Assembly (NCBI GenBank): GCA_963712115.1
Contig: CAVQGX010000033.1
Coordinates: forward strand, 64,001-128,000
Direction of reading: 5' to 3'
DNA: 64,000 nt
Origin: an uncultured delta proteobacterium
GTDB taxonomy: Bacteria > Desulfobacterota > Syntrophobacteria > BM002
Part shown: piece after piece, positions 62,781 to 64,000 of the stretch
Layout of the letters: each line of letters starts with the position of its first letter
Numbering within the stretch: the first letter of the stretch is position 1
Made by a program: the position numbers and the translations under genes
The notes under the pieces: generated by a model
Told to the model about the DNA's origin: nothing
The model's input: only the letters and a program-made list of their open reading frames with translations
The model's database searches: none

Positions 62781-62915
62781 TTCTCCTCCTGAGTCGGAAT
62801 CTCTCTACAACAAATCATCCTCAGAATGTCTTGTGGATCTTCTTTTCTGCCAACTCTTTTGGAATGATGGAATGTTATTCCAATATTCCACTTGCGGGCC
62901 CGGCCCGCAAGCTGC

Positions 62916-63287
62916 CTACTTCTTACGTCGACCGATCATGGATCGCCGAGGTCCTTTTCTGGTACGGGCATTGGTGTGGGTCCGCTGTCCATTCACTGGC
63001 ATTCCCCGCCTGTGACGCAACCCTCGATAGCAGCCTAAATCCATAAGCCGCTTAATGTTCATGGAGACCTCAGTTCTCAAGTCACCTTCCACCTTGTAGT
63101 CGCTATCAATGACTCTACGAATAGCGTTAATTTCCTCCTCGGTGAGAAGATCAGACTTGGTATTGAGGTCTACATTTGCCTTTTCCAAAATTTTCTGCGA
63201 CGTATTACGCCCGATCCCGTAAATGTAGGTAAGAGCTATCTCTATTCGCTTGTTTTTGGGCAAGTCAATGCCCGCAATTCGTGCCAA
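62916..63287 (-). CDS. rpsM: 30S ribosomal protein S13
   Basis: [27 protein letters not shown]. Confidence 0.98.
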   Translation of the reverse strand: MARIAGIDLPKNKRIEIALTYIYGIGRNTSQKILEKANVDLNTKSDLLTEEEINAIRRVIDSDYKVEGDLRTEVSMNIKRLMDLGCYRGLRHRRGMPVNGQRTHTNARTRKGPRRSMIGRRKK

Positions 63288-63303
63288 TGGTTACCCTCCG
63301 TTA

Positions 63304-63417
63304 TTATCCCTGACGCTGCTTGTGCCTGGGATTCTCGCAAATGACACGCACGACGCCGTGACGCCGGATAATTTTGCACTTTCGACAAATACGCTTAACT
63401 GAAGCCCGCACTTTCAT
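63304..63417 (-). CDS. rpmJ: 50S ribosomal protein L36
   Basis: manual translation [37 protein letters not shown]. Confidence 0.96.
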   Translation of the reverse strand: MKVRASVKRICRKCKIIRRHGVVRVICENPRHKQRQG

Positions 63418-63477
63418 AAGGCGCTCTCCATCCGTCCGCCTTCGAGCGGCAACTGTTGCCGCCAGCCGCAACCGCGG

Positions 63478-63696
63478 TTACTTGGCCCGATAGGTAATCC
63501 GGCCTCTCGTCAGATCATATGGTGACAACTCAACGGTCACCCTGTCTCCAGGAAGAATTTTGATGAAATGCATGCGCATCTTCCCGGAGATGTGGGCAAG
63601 GATCCGGTGGCCATTCTCCAACTCCACCCTGAACATAGCGTTGGGTAGAGGCTCCACCACCGTTCCTTCCACCTCTATCGCTTCTTCCTTTGCCAT
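63478..63696 (-). CDS. infA: translation initiation factor IF-1
   Basis: [29 protein letters not shown]. Confidence 0.98.
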   Translation of the reverse strand: MAKEEAIEVEGTVVEPLPNAMFRVELENGHRILAHISGKMRMHFIKILPGDRVTVELSPYDLTRGRITYRAK

Positions 63697-63747
63697 TGGC
63701 TCCTCCAATTTGGCATTATCAAGTAGCCATAAATCGGAATGGAAACC

Positions 63748-63843
63748 TTATATAAGGATCACCAGTCCGTTTTCTGCTATGTCAATCAAATGCTCAAAAT
63801 GGGCCCAACGACTAAGATCCTTGGTTGCCGCGGTCAATCCTTT
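63748..63843 (-). pseudogene. map: C-terminal remnant of methionine aminopeptidase
   Basis: KGLTAATKDLSRWAHFEHLIDIAENGLVILI resembles the Map C-terminus (DGWT..T.D....AHFEHT...T..G...LT); canonical adk-map-infA position. Confidence 0.75.
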
Positions 63844-63846
63844 CCT

Positions 63847-64000
63847 TTAGGAAAGCACCGAAGTGATCCGCTCGAAGATCTCTTTCATCTCACCCACTCC
63901 GTCGATGGGCCTTATTTTCCCCTGTACCTTGTAATAGTCAATGAGCGGCAGGGTTTGAGAATCATAAACATCGAGGCGAGACTTCACGGTCCCTTCATTA
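63847..64000 (-). CDS. adk: adenylate kinase, 3' end (partial)
   Basis: NEGTVKSRLDVYDSQTLPLIDYY...IDG. Confidence 0.93.
   Translation of the reverse strand, partial: NEGTVKSRLDVYDSQTLPLIDYYKVQGKIRPIDGVGEMKEIFERITSVLS

Noticed and set aside
1-64000. tRNA, rRNA or known riboswitches
   Set aside because: None recognised by eye; a tRNAscan-SE/Infernal run would be needed to exclude them

Overview
Chromosomal window of a moderate-GC bacterium whose gene order and content suggest Desulfobacterota/deltaproteobacteria (inference). 1-23 kb is mainly housekeeping: dxr-rseP-tsaB, ilvBNC-psd-pssA, leuCDB-asd-ecfT-rsmD-coaD, NUDIX/NCS2 permease/prs. About 23.4-33.9 kb is an accessory, indel-rich block. 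It contains a degenerate IS next to a truncated CYTH gene, an IrrE/CapP-like metallopeptidase, and a frameshifted XRE repressor (absent from the ORF track) with the DdrO/CapH-type FRG motif. Divergent from that pair is a Ycf46-like AAA+ ATPase operon, followed by a probable assembly-artefact segment, an AT-rich gene with CorA-like features and a DUF885 gene. 34-64 kb holds a mini FeS/corrinoid-domain protein, CoADR-rhodanese, a four-subunit 2-oxoacid:ferredoxin oxidoreductase, a DAHP synthase with a Tyr/Phe leader-peptide attenuator, ecfA genes, aapJQMP, aspartokinase and adk-(map remnant)-infA-rpmJ-rpsMKD-rpoA-rplQ. Intergenic DNA carries a ~195-bp MITE family and many inverted short-repeat arrays. 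The best candidate for an undescribed system is the CapH/CapP-like switch facing the Ycf46-type ATPase operon. All calls come from reading motifs by eye; no searches were run.
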